Below, one piece after another: positions 38,801 through 52,800 of a stretch of DNA of 64,000 bases (positions within the stretch are counted from its first letter, which is position 1; each line of letters begins with the position of its first letter). The stretch comes from Diadema antillarum. Taxonomy: Eukaryota. The notes under the pieces are model-generated. The model was not told the origin of the DNA, ran no database searches, and saw nothing but the letters and a program-made list of their open reading frames with translations. The position numbers were made by a program, and so were the translations under genes. The DNA lies in NCBI RefSeq assembly GCF_040938485.1, contig NW_027270993.1:248001-312000 (forward strand). The letters run 5' to 3'.

Positions 38801-41800
38801 CAGTATCCAGATTTTGTATGCTAGTATTGTGCTGGCCGAGTGTTCTATTGTGACATAATAATATAGAATAGCGTCTACGACACTATCCTCTTCTGTTTGA
38901 TAGGATACGTGAATCTGTGAAGAAGCTGAAACGTCGGAAATCATTAGACACTGTATATAGTAAGATATGAAATCAAGGCCAAAAGAACATGATAATATCT
39001 TAACTACAATTACTGAATTTTAATGAACATTTATCGATCAATAAATGACTAGCGCAAAACGGATGCATCTACATGATTTGTGTAGTCACAAACTACAGCC
39101 ATGGAAGAGTGAAGAGTGGGAGGTAACCCGACGAGGGAATGAGGCGGAGGAAGGAGGGGGGGGGGTGGTGACGAAAGAATATAGAACCACGGACCTCGAT
39201 CTCAAGTGTATGATTGATGGTGGGGTTGGGTGCGGTTGGGGAAGAAGAAGAAGGTAAAAAAAAAACCCTGGTGTCCTTGGATGCGTTCCGTTCCATTTTT
39301 ATCGGAAATGACTTCCCCGTTTCCCGAAGGCAGGAAAGACTGGTGGTAATGACCGTGACTCAGTTCCAGGCCAGATGATGCCCTTTGACCTATTCTCTGT
39401 TCAGGATCAACGTCACACTCGTGTGTTTTATTCTCTCCCCCCCCCCCCCCCCATCTCCACCCCACCCCGCAACCTCCTTTTCATCCTACAAACAGAGAAT
39501 AATGTCGTGCTTTTAAAACACGGAGGCGACAAGTCAACAGACCTGGTGCAGTTATCATTCCCTTCTGGTTTGCAGCTGGAGATATTCTACAATCCAATTC
39601 AAGGGAATTCAAAAATTCACTTGAATTATTGGCATAAATTGCTTTATCTGCACTTATTGCTCTCGAGTGCATTACGGTTCAGAGCTCCCCGATGCTAACG
39701 TTTCAGTTGTCTTCTGTTGACTTTGCATGGATGTAGCGTGCGTCCGAAGCGGAGCAAAGAAGCAAACCGATGTTTTCGATTCGCACATCACCTTGGGATC
39801 GAGCCAAGCCAGCATGCTCTACGTGCAGCGAGATTGACAAGATGCGTTTATACCAAGTGATGAAGCTCTAGAAACCATTCTTCCTCACTGCCCTACTGTG
39901 ACAAACAAAGAAAAACGAAGCCCTAACAGTAGTCCTGGCATCACACTCAGTGCTAAATAAGTCTTGATGAATGTAACCACCGTCAATAACCTGTAAAAAG
40001 AAATCTGTGACTCTACAGCCTTCACAGGGAAGTGGTTATAGGAATGTAAGACAGTAATGAGACAATTAGGTTTTCAGTGTCGGAGACGCCAAGCTGGTTG
40101 TTTGTTTGTTTATTTGTTTGTGTATGTTCTGGCGAGTTGGTGGCTAACATTGCGAGGAGGTGCTGTAAGGCTGTCAAACAAAAACGCTTTTTGCGCTAAA
40201 ACGGTTGTTTATACCAATGCGGAGCATCGTCTGCTCGCATCGACGATTTCTCGTTTTCACGCCTACTCTACCTAGCTTAAAGGTAAAAAGGTTAACGAAC
40301 TACAAATAAACATCAATTGAGTTTTAAATCGTCGTAACCCGAGCATTTTTTAGTACATATTCAGGTTCTATGATTTGTAGAATTTCTCCGTTTGTAGGCT
40401 ATATGAATAAAGCCTATTTAGATCTGATAGTAATTGATCATTCATCTTTCTCTAAATACATTTGAGTTGGTATATATTGCTGTCTCATGCACAAGATTTT
40501 TTTTTTCTCTCACTCTCTAAAAAAAGCTTATCTTGAAGAATTATAGTGTTATCGCTTCCTCTATAATACACCGTGTAGATGTCACAAGATTTATATCATC
40601 TTACCCTGTATCTTGCGATCTAAACTTGTGGTTGTAAAGTATATGACTCTGAATTATTGAAGCAGTACAGATTAGAACAGTAGCAAATAAACAAGAAAAA
40701 GGCCAACAAACTTTAAAAAAGTAAATCGTAGACACTTTAAAAAATTGAGGTCATAAAAAAAGCTGTTCGTTTAATGTCACGAGCATTGCCGTCCCTACCG
40801 TGGATGCATTGATAAGACTCTTTACTTTTGACCGGTAGATTACTGCTTCGAGTCCTTCATGGTGCGTAGCCCCACTGTTAATATGCCCTTCTCTATCGCA
40901 AGTGGTAACATTGACAACCTATCAACCTGAGGTAATATTGCTGGTGTTCATGGGAAGTATTGGCCCTGGGGAGCTACCCGAAGTGAATAAAATCTTATCA
41001 TTACACCTTTCACACATCTGGATCTCCAGCAAAAAATCATGCAGGTAATCTATCATTTTCCTTCGAACATGCAGGTCAGGCAGCTGAACCTCTTTACATC
41101 ATCCGCGACGGGTTGTCGAGTCCATCGGTTTCCCCGCTCATTCTGGACCAGAGCGACGACGAATACGGTGCCGACCACGGCCACAGACTCGTTCTTCCAT
41201 CACACGCCAACTTCTTAAAGATTTCGTGGCGCGCTCCCAAGCCGGTAAGGACAAAAAATTGAGGTTTCGAAACATAAGTGGCAATAATACTCCCCTTCTG
41301 CAGCAGCAAATGTTAATGCTCATGAAAAGAAGATAATGTGTACGTCTACCAGTTAGAAATAATGATTCTGAGCATCATTGTCAGTAACGATTGTATCAAT
41401 TTCTTGATAATGACAATGATGAAGATAATGGCGATTCGTACTCCAATTATTATTCAGCCAAACTGTCATAATGGTTATTGGTTTTTTTTTTATCATAGTG
41501 GATCATCATAGTAATGTTTAGTTACAATATCGATATCATCCTCATTACTTAAGGTAACTTACACAACTAGTGGTTGATGGCATAATCGGCATTGATCGCG
41601 TAGAACACTCAAAAGTTCTAGCATGATAAACGCTGATTTTATTGGGCGTTGTTTACAAAGCAGACGACATAGAACGGATAACTGTGCGAAGGTTCACGGT
41701 GGAGACGAATTTTATAAAATCACTACAAGAATTGTGGTATTTGGCTTCATGCTGCGCTCAGCGTGGTTCCCTGGCCGACTTCGTGCCTTGTTTTTCTTGC

Positions 41801-44800
41801 GGTAGAATAACATTCGTTTTGCAATTTTCCTCCATGTAATAAATTTGGCGACCTCAGCATGCGGGCTATTACAATTTTTGGAGAGATGAGACTGTCAGTT
41901 GGTTTGAGGGTAGTTTTTATTCATATTTTGGGGGGGACTGAATTTACCCCTAATTCCCATTCTCCATTATGTTCCAATGGGTATTTGTCCACTCGAATGT
42001 AAACAGATTATGACCGAGTAGGCCTACGCTTAAAATGATTTAGCAAGATGACAGAAGATGGAATGGACAATTCAATTTTGCTGTTCCATTGGTTCTTTTC
42101 CCTTCTTATTACAAGAGATTCAAATGATATGATCATTTTTTTCTTCAGTAAGTTTAGGTAGATTATACCGACGTCAGCTGAAGTTGCGTTACCCAACCGT
42201 CTCTACACAAGGCGAGCTCTCTCTTTATGCGCGATAGAAACCGTGGAGTTTTGCCGAAGAAATGAAAACCATATGGATTGGTGTTATGACAATTTATGTG
42301 GGGTCATTTTGACGGTTAGGGGCAAATCCCAACTAGATTTCAATCTGATTTCATGCAGGGTGCTCCGTAGATTGCGAGCCCTGCTATTCCAGACGCACGC
42401 TGTAAAACCCCAACTGCATAGGGGCCAGTGCTGATGGGGTAGGGGTGGGGTGAGGATGGACGCATTTCCCTCCTACACAGTTGATTTTGCGCCCGCGGAG
42501 AGTTTCACGTTTTTCAATTCATGATTTTTCCCTCCAGCGTCCAGCCCACGCTTGATGCCAAGTGTGGCGCGTTCGACCTACTTTTTTTTAAGGGTATCAA
42601 ATGTCAGCTGCTGTTTAAAGCGATGACATGTTATGTATATTATGAGTAAATGGTGAGGCGATATCTGGTTGTTTTTGTTCAGAATATGAAGCGCTATATA
42701 CCGGACAAAACATACTAGTAATAATCATAACAGTACACATTATAAAACAATAGGAAACACATTCACGCAGAAAAGACACAATAAAACAATGTAGAAAGCG
42801 TATTACTTTTGACAATAATGTGTATTATACGCTGNNNNNNNNNNNNNNNNNNNNNNNNNNNNNNNNNNNNNNNNNNNNNNNNNNNNNNNNNNNNNNNNNN
42901 NNNNNNNNNNNNNNNNNNNNNNNNNNNNNNNNNNNNNNNNNNNNNNNNNNNNNNNNNNNNNNNNNNNNNNNNNNNNNNNNNNNNNNNNNGGTGTACACTG
43001 GCCGATGATATGGTTATAAATTCTTAATGCAGGGAATATATAGCTATGTCTCAGTTATCTTGTTGAAAAAGACAGATGATTCCACGTTTATATAATGTCC
43101 TTCCCCTCTTTTTACCATTGCTATTAGATATCACTGAACGCTTCATGAGATGACCCAGAGATGGTTAAACATTACAAAAGCATTACATCCTCATCTTTCA
43201 TTTTCTTAAGAGCGGTGTTGCCAACGACCTTGTAATCAAATAGATTATCAACACTTACATTTTCCTGTCATTTTGATGACACAATATTATCATTTCGAGA
43301 CATTTACACAGTAATGTTCTTCAAAGTTGCTGCCTTTACACCATGACAAATTTTCGGAATATTCTGATTGTTTTTTTTTTCTATTAGTGTAATACATGTA
43401 AATACTTAAAAAAACAATCTTGCCTTCGAAAGTAATGATCATTTAGGGCCTAGTTAAACTTATAAGGACGTACTTTTAAGAGTGTATATCAAAATAACGC
43501 TGATACCAGAGCAGCATGCACTGCAAATACTCTGCACGTGCTACACTTTTGAGGCATATTCAAAGTTTGTGGATAAGATATATCATATTCCATTTATTAC
43601 AGTGGGCACGAGTCTGATGATTATCTGACAAATTTTGCGGGATAAGAAAAATGTTTTCCATTGTCACAAGATTGAGATTGCGTGATGAATGACGGCTGTG
43701 TTTATTATGTTTCATCGCATCAATCAAAAATACTTCTCCTCAATGCAGACTCTACATAAGCAACAATCCATTATTGAAATCTATTCTCTCCCCCACCCCC
43801 CCCCCCCTCTCTCTCTCTCTCTCTCTTCTTTTTATTTTTCCCACTACATGTTTACGTCTCCGTCCGTTGTATTGGATCCATTCGGCTTGGTCTATCGCTC
43901 CCCCTTATTTTCTTCTTTTGCCGCATTTTTCTGAGCCAGTGGAGCGATAGCTCTAAATATGTTATCCCGTCTTTTTTCTCACTCTGTGAAAAATGGTCTG
44001 AATTGGTTTGAAGCTCGGATGGGTGTACCGCAGCTCACGAACAATGGGAATAATACGACCTCTGAATGCGACAAAAAGAGCAGAAGTATTTGGCTACCCA
44101 ACGCAGAGATCTGCGCTTTATAAAATAGACGAGGTATTCCATCACAGCATGCAAGCGCACTGAAGTCAGTCCATATACCAGAATAACGAGACATATTCCT
44201 TGATGGGTGACTGACCACTGAGTTCTACGAAGGCGCTGTATATCTTTTGATTGAACCAGTTAACCAGGCGACTACCAGTTTACCATGAGACGTATGAATA
44301 ATCTCTCCATGTAACTCTCTCCGAATGAATTGATATCTGAAAACAAAAGGACAGAGGACAAAGATTGTCCTTCCCCAGGGGATCTCCGTACCAGGAGTCT
44401 TGGTCTAATCCCTCTGCAGAGCGTCTCTTTTAGAACTACACTCTGTACCCCGGGTCCTAGACTTCACCCATTTAGAAACCATTTGCCGGACGCACAAAGT
44501 CGAGTGCTAGATCTGGGTGTAGCTAATACGAGGAGTTAATCACTTTTGGCAGTAATTAGCGTGATTATTTCACGTGCGTATCGTTTCTACGGATTCATCC
44601 TTTTCAAAATTTCAAGTAGGTCTAAATTGACATGCCTTTACCAGGCGAACGAGTGAAAAAAAATATTATGTCACCCAGTCATGGGTCCTTTCTGCAGAAA
44701 GCACGCAGACGCGCGAGCTCTGGAGCTGCAATTTATTTATCTTATCTTATCTTACTCTTCAAGCTTGTAGAATGTGATAACAAGCGGAGTATATCATTCA

Positions 44801-47800
44801 ATTCCAAGCCAGTAATATTGATTTAATATCTCTGTTTCCTCGACTTTTATCAGCCACGTTCGCCACTGTCAACGTGTTGACAATTTACATGGATATTTCA
44901 CATATCGTTATCAGCGTTAGATGTTGACCAGACACTTGGAATCTGAAATAAAGAAAAAAAATGTAGGCCTTCTGTAGGCCTGGACAATTTGGCAAGCAAT
45001 TTCATCCCAACTTGAGGGGAAAAAAGTTAATTCAGTGTAACAAGCATCATTTTCTGAGACGAAACGCGGTATCTTGAGCGATTTTGCGTGTGTACGAATG
45101 GTTTTCCCTTTTTATTTGTGCCTGTCTGTGTGTTTTTGTAAATGTAAAAGATTTGATGAGGGGATAGAAAGACTCTCACTAGAAACGACTGTCTTTATTT
45201 GCACACCACAATAGAAAACTTCGGCATCCCATAGTACTATGTCTGTTTGTTTCGTCCCAAACATGCCTCGCCCATCTTCACTCCGGGGAAACAATTAGTG
45301 TCGACAAACAGTGACGTCATATAGACAGTAACTCTCGCACGCTATATACATATCCAATTTCATGAAAAATGTTAACGTTTAGCGCATATTAATCTTCAAG
45401 TCCAGTGCGATATGACAATGTACCAGTCATCTGTACACAGTGCATTGATGTAGATGATGTGAGTAACTTGAAAGTTTGCCTTTGCTAAGATTGTATTGGT
45501 TTTAGCTCGAAATTTTCGTCAAACAATATCAACAGCATATGTACAGTATACACCCATAGCTAGAAGAAGAAGAAGGAGAAGAAAAAGAAGAAGAAGAAAA
45601 AGAAGAAGAAGAAAAAGAAGAAGAAGAAAAAAGAAAAAGAAGAATAAGGAGAAGAAGAACTTACTCTTATGAATCATCATATTATAAGACGATTTTCAGT
45701 ACACACATTGCTGAGAAACTTCTTCACAGAACAGTCAATCATCACTTACATTATTGGCCACTGTACTATTACAGCGCGCTATATGAAAGAATGTGGATCT
45801 TAGCATTATTTTCAAAATGTCCCAAAGCCACTTTTGGCACCAAAAGTGAACCCCAAAACTTCCAGGTTGTACGCCAAAGGGATCGATTTGAATGACATTT
45901 TTGGACAAGAGTGACAAACGCACTAAACCTCTGAGTGGCAGTAGAAAGCAGGACTTCCAAAAACCAACATTGCATAACCAGCAAACATCAGTCAAAAATA
46001 ACCCACGAAATCCTTTCCAGTATAAAAAAGAACCATTCATGCCTCCTAAACCCCACAAATAACCACTGCGGAAACAGTAAACAGTCGGTATGACATGGAA
46101 ACATAGATCTCTGACCAGACAGTTGCAGGTGGACTGACTGACTGTGTTTCTACAGCAAACAAGCGAGAGAACAGTATACTTCATCTCCTCTTGACATCCT
46201 ACAGCAACGTGTATTTACCCTGACGTCAATAATATGGAAGACATACCAAAAGCCTCGTGGTTGCGTCAAGGGAGATGGCATCGTTGTTAATTAAAGGATA
46301 GTGGTGGGGTCGCTTAATATTTTTTTTTATTGAAATTCGATATAATTTGCGGAGCCATACAATTGAGACAATCATTTCAAAGTTAACTGACTTGATTTTG
46401 AGATTTTTTGGTGTTGCTCATAAGATTATGTGCTATCCCGAAAGATATACGGATTTCTTGATATAATATTATGATTATAATTATAATTATTTTCATATGT
46501 GACAGTGACAACATAACTTAGATGACTGGTGTCATATTAACTTCTGTATGTCATGCATACAACTATCACCACACACACAGACACACACACATACATACAT
46601 AAAAACGCTGAATAGAGTTGAATTTAGTTCATTTTATTCTCGCGTGTAATCTCTCCTCTAGGATAAAGTATAACATTGACAATTATTGAAAAAATATGAG
46701 AATGACAAAAAGAGAGTGCAAAATATTGTCATTCATGAATACGTATAAACTTTACAAAATCATAAATCTAAATATATCTAAATTCAGTATTACAGACACT
46801 TCGTATAGTGATAGAACGTGCTTACAAATGATGAGAAATGTCCTCTAAAAGCACGAGAGTTGGGAATCAGTATATGAGCCTGTTCAAAAAAAAAATGTCA
46901 ACGAATGTAAGTTATCTCATGTAGGCCTACTTTGTGAAAATGTCCTCGTTGGAAATATTCGACTGGACTTTTATTTTCGACGATGTAATGGAAATCAGCA
47001 GTAAGAAGGTTCACTTCCATTTCCGCATCCATGACCCAGTTGACTTAGGTCTTACTACTAGGAGGAAGTGAAGGGGAGGGGGTCCTTATATACAAAGAAC
47101 CTTTCTAAAGGGGACGAGTCGTGAGTATGCTACTTAATGCGGGACTAACGTGTGTGTCCAAGGGCTTACCACTCAACACCAGTGTGGATGGGCAAACACC
47201 TCTTAACCCTCGGCTAAAATAGGAAACAAAAGCGATCTAGGAGTTGGTCTGACTTCACACCTCGCTGGAAAAAATAAGCACAGTCATCACTCATTCGCTT
47301 TTCTCGTCTGTATATGCCATCCTCTTCTTCGTTGACTGTTTATTACGCTCCAAACGATTCGACAACTCACATACAAGCACATAAATAGCCGAGATGGTCG
47401 GCTGATTAAACAGATCACACTTAATTGTGAGAGACTTGTTTAGCTTTGCAGACGTTTTGAACTAAATCCCAACTCATTAACTTTTGAATGTATAAACCGA
47501 AGTTATTTACATTCAGTGTAAATGACAGTTTCACGAGTGTTGACGAAATTGTGCTGTACATGTGAAAGGGATTTCTCTGAGATGGGGTGCAAAAGACCAT
47601 GCACATTGCAGGGGCGGATCCAGGGAGGACCGCAACCGGCGCACGCCCCCCCCCCTTTATTTTTTGTTGAAACAAAAGAAATAAAAAGAAAAAAATGGGG
47701 GGAGGGTGCGTGCGCCCCCCCCCCCCCCTTTAATTTTGTAAACGCGCCCCCTCTTTACGGAATTCCTGGATCCGCCCCTGCATTGTGTTGCACTGCTTTT

Positions 47801-49771
47801 CAAATGATAAAGATTTTTTGTCCTCGTTTTGGTTTAAATCTAGTTTGTTTTATCTGTACGACCTATGTTGTCCGAAAGATTGGGACTGGGACATGAACAT
47901 TTCGAATTACGTAGTCAATACCTACTACTCTTCAGCAACTATCTGTCGAATCATGTACATGAAAATAACTCTTCATCATTTGAGAAGCAACGCAACAAAC
48001 TATTGTAATAATTTTATGGCAACGCACCAATGTCAAGAGTTAAGAAAGATGTATTCAAAAACTCGAGAAACTTGTTATCAATTGGCTGGTATACCAGAAA
48101 CCTCTTGTAGTAGTAAGTGCCGTTTAACCAGATGTCGCTAGATTTTGATGGGATATTACAGTAGTTTCAACAGGCAGGTTGCATATATGCTATAAATTTT
48201 GTGTGATGACTTAATCACCAAAACTCATAGATTTTATGCTTTGTGGTAATTTTTCAAGATGTTGGTGAAATTTTCAGTTGTCTTCCATCGCCGTTGACAA
48301 GGCCTTTCAATCATTCACGCCGATCGGAATTGTTTTGCCATAAACAATCCCTCATTGCATCAGATGATTATTCTATCTATCGGATATTTCATACTCTTGT
48401 ATGTATTTTCAGTCACATTTACTTGATTGACGCGCTGGTAAACTAAGCCACCGTATACTCGTATATTGCATATGATTGTGAAAATATTGCTTGTATAGTT
48501 TTTTCTCGTACGCTTCTGCACATGTGTATATCGTACCATGGACTATTAGTTTAGGTAGATACACGTACTACGCCTGTTTCAACAATAAGATTAACTGAAA
48601 TGATTTTGAAATTTGCTGAAGGTCGTTTATTAGCCTTAACCAGTTATTGCCTTTCGATTCATTGGGTAAGTGTATCATATGCTTACTTTTGCTACACTTT
48701 CCAACCCCTGTAGGCAAAATTTTGTTAATTTCTGATACAATGAATTCTTAACTCTAAGAACGATTGGCTGTTACTGTGGAGTCATAATGGCGCCACAGGC
48801 TGTATTTTTTTTCCAGACCTTGTGTTTAATGGGCTCTGACCAAATCTAGGCACTGAAGCCCCGAACATTCTTCCAACTAGTCATTGTCTTTTAGACGATA
48901 AAAAAATCCTGTCCTTTCCCACTGGATTTAGCTTTCTTATTTTTGTAACACTGGCTGGCTGTCCATGATATTTTGTTAGCCTACTTTAGTGTTTTTTTGT
49001 TCATAACTTAATAATGATTTTGTTTCAAGGTGTAGGTCTGTTCTCATCCCCTTCCGTTTTTTTCTTTTCTGCTCGTCATCCACAGTTTCACTACTCGTTC
49101 ATGGAGCTCCGGTCTAGCAACCCGTCCATCATGGCCCCTCCGTTGCTTAGCATTACCCTGGATGACAGCATGCCTACCAATGACACGGGTTTGTGGCACT
49201 TAGCGCTATGCTACTATATAGTACTTTTCCCTCTCTTGTTTTTGAGTTTTTGTTTTGATAGGGTATAGCTAACTCTGGTTGTTTACGTGTGTGCATTGCA
49301 GTGTGGTGATCTTTCCTTGACAACCTTTCCGATGAAAAAAAAAAACTAAGTAAAATTGTTTTAACGAGTGTTACTAATACCTGCATGCCACCATTCAGGC
49401 ATACTTTACACGGGTGGTTGATGGAGGATTACTTCAATGATTCTTACACCTTTCAGAAAGCTTACTTTTGCTAAATCTCGCCTGGTGGCAGTAATAAACC
49501 CATTTTGATTGTGTGCTTTTTTTCGTTTCTTTTTGTTTTATTTTGTGTGTGTATAAATGGGTACCTGGCAACGCTGGGGTACTATGGCAGGGTCCTCTGG
49601 TAGAGCAGTGGCAACACTAAAGAGGCTACCCTGGATAAATAAGGCCATATTATTGTTGTTATTATTATTAATAATATTATTATCAGTAGTAGTACAAGTA
49701 GTAGCATATTGTTTTTGTATTTCTTGTTTTTTTCAAAGGAGATACGGACTGTGGAAAGGGAGATATAGATG

Positions 49772-49802
<31 letters not shown>

Positions 49803-52800
49803 ACAGACAGACAGAGAACTTATTTTCCTGTCTGGAGATATCGAGCACATCCTTTATCCTTTCTTGAGTACATGGTGGCTCTGAAAAGAGCCGTTTGTTT
49901 GTAAAATGATTGGCGCAGACCAACACTTTACTTGGAGGTGGTGTACTTGGTGACGGCCTTGGTGCCCTCAGACACGGCGTGCTTGGCCAGCTCTCCGGGG
50001 AGGAGGAGGCGGACGGCGGTCTGGACCTCACGGCTGCTGATGGTCGACTTCTTGTTGTAGTGGGCCAGGCGGGAAGCCTCACCGGCGATGCGCTCGAAGA
50101 CATCGTTGACGAAGCTGTTCATGATGGACATGGCCTTGGAGGAGATGCCAGTGTCGGGGTGGACCTGCTTCAGCACCTTGTAGATGTAGATGCCGTAGCT
50201 CTCCTTTCGCCTCCTGCGCCTCTTTCCGGCAGAGGCAGCGCGTGCCTTGGCCTTACCGGCCTTCTTGGCTCCCTTTCCGCTAGTCTTGGCAGGCATGGTG
50301 TTGGTTACTAGTCGTGATGATTAGATCAACTGAAGAGACTTGGCGATTCTGACCGCTATTTATGGAGGCGCCGAGGATCCCCTGACAAAAATTCACACCT
50401 CATTGAACTAGAGCGCTATTCAAAGTTGAAGGCGGGAATGACGGCCGTATGCAAATGACGGCCGTATGCAAATTACGGTTTATCCTGCACACAAAATGGA
50501 TCGATATTCGATTGGCGGCCTTGTTTACTCTGACGTCACATGCCCTTCTGCTAATGACTGGGTTCATGGCGCGGGTTGGTGTTAGGAAGAACTGTTCCAA
50601 ATGATATTCATGCATATCCCTAAAAGAGCAACCCTGAAAATTGGACTCCTTTCATGCGGTGGTATGTTGTAGAGGGAGAGAATTCAGACCTTTACTCAGA
50701 ATACCAAAATTGGAAACTTCGTTATGATGGCTGGGGAATGATTACTATGGATTTCCATTTGATTTATTCGAACCCCGAAAAAATTCAAACTGTTATTCTT
50801 GATACAAAAGTCGAGGGTATTCTCCAGTGACATAGGGTGAGTTTTTTTTTTAATTTGTTACTGTAAATTTTCATACACGTTGTTGGACGACATTTTCCAT
50901 GCAGAAGGGATATACAACCTTTATATCAGGAGTCAAATCGCGGATATCAATTAAAAAAAAAATGTTGATTTACAGAGTGCAGGGAGAGGCGAGTAGGCCT
51001 ATTTGTACGTCTTGACATTACGATTAGTGTACATCACTTTCACAGAATAGAATACAAATGCGCAACAAATAGAGAGGGGAAAGCTCAAACTAATACACCG
51101 CATCGGAAACAATTTAGGCACAATAAAGTAATCTTTTAACCCATAAACCTGGCACTGACCTAGCTGTCGCGAGCTAGGTTGACTCAGACATTAGTACTGG
51201 TATATCACTCATGGGACTATCAATAGACTAAGGAATAATTGACCGCTCCGATGATACTATTTACACTAGACAGCGACATGTGTGAAACGTAATGCAAAGA
51301 AAATATACAGAAATCATAAGAAGAAAAATCAAAGAGAAGGTGATGATGGAGATAAACAAGGAGGAAAACACGGGGGAAAAAAGAGGTGATGGTGTATAGA
51401 TAAAGAAGAGCACCCTGTTGGTTCTTGTTCTGAAGAAAAAGCAACCAGAAAATTCGAGAACCTCTTAACCGCCAAGAGGCATGCATGACACAGTGTGTGG
51501 ATATAACTGTTAACACTTCTGTTTGATGTCCACACGAACAAACCTTTAGCGCTCGTATGTAAATAAGATTACAGAGCTTCATCACACTTGGCTGACTTTG
51601 AACCCACAAGAGTGCATCTTCAACGGAGACTCAACCTTATTGGTCCTCCCGAGGTTACGCTTCTAGATTCATTGATCGGAAAGGCAGCTACTCCGATCGT
51701 AAAAAGCCGTATAAAAGGCCTGGCGCTCAATTCAAAGTGCACTTTGGAAGGAATTACACGAAGGAATTACAAGACAAAAGTGCTGAAGCCGCAAACACAA
51801 ATACCTTCCCCCCAAGCACGAACGATGGACTGGCCAATTTTGTAGCATTTCTCGTCAAAACATTACAAACTATCGTCTCTGGAAAAAATGACATGATACT
51901 TGATGTGATAATCCAGGCCAGTAAACTATTCCTGAATTGCCAACTGAACAAAAGTCAGTTGATAGAGCTACTGGATAAAGGGGCCAACCCCATAACATAA
52001 TGGCTCAAAACCACATGTAGGTTTCAATATCCTACAATGGAATGCACAAGGATTAAAAAGTCACGGAAATGAATTTGAAAAAATGTTATTTGATTTAAGA
52101 CAAAAGCCTTCAATTATATGTGTTCAAGAAACCTGGTTCTCAAACGACAAAGAGATGAACATTATGAGTTTTAAATGCTACCCTAAGAACAGGGAAAAGG
52201 GACAAAGGGGGGGAATTGCAATTTACGTTGAAGAAAATATCTTAGTAACAACCTATGAAACCATAACCTATGATGGTATAGAAACTGATATTCAAAAAAT
52301 TAAATGTATTATTAATGGAGTAAAGATATGTGTTATTAATCTGTACAACCCCTGTAAAATATTCACAAAAAAAACAATGGAATATATTGCTGCCAACATT
52401 GAGGAGAATACAATAATCTGCGGAGATTTTAATAGCCACAATGTTTTATGGGGTAGTGCTAAAACAGATAAAAACGGGAGATTAATAGAAGAATTTTTTG
52501 ACAAGGCAAATTTAGTTCTTCTTAACAATGGAGAATTTACAAGAATTGACCCCTCTTCGGGAAAGTTTTCTTGTCTCGATTTAACCCTAGCCACCCCCCA
52601 TCTGGCGTTAAAGTGCACATGGGAGGTAACAAAAAATAACTTTGGAAGTGATCATCTTATGATAAACATCCAAGTAGGAAATTATATGAAACAGGCCAAA
52701 GCAGATGAGTGCACAAGCAGAATACATCTACTTTTTAATAAAGCGAATAAAAGAGAATATGAAGCATATTCGACAAAGTATATCACTGAAAATATCCTAG

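Noticed and set aside
39570-39700. ttgcag acceptor considered as WIF1 exon 2
   Set aside because: The phase-1 frame stops after 20 codons and has no WIF similarity; the true exon is 41075-41244.
40893-41044. Open frame ending at CATGCAG|GTAATC just before WIF1 exon 2
   Set aside because: It would need a ~30-nt intron and shows no domain similarity; more likely a chance CATGCAGGT repeat.
45735-46184. 149-aa minus-strand ORF in WIF1 intron 2
   Set aside because: No recognisable motif, non-ATG start, and no supporting splice structure.
49582-50311. Alternative-frame and antisense ORFs over H2B (173 aa, 133 aa)
   Set aside because: Shadow ORFs caused by GC3-rich histone codon usage.
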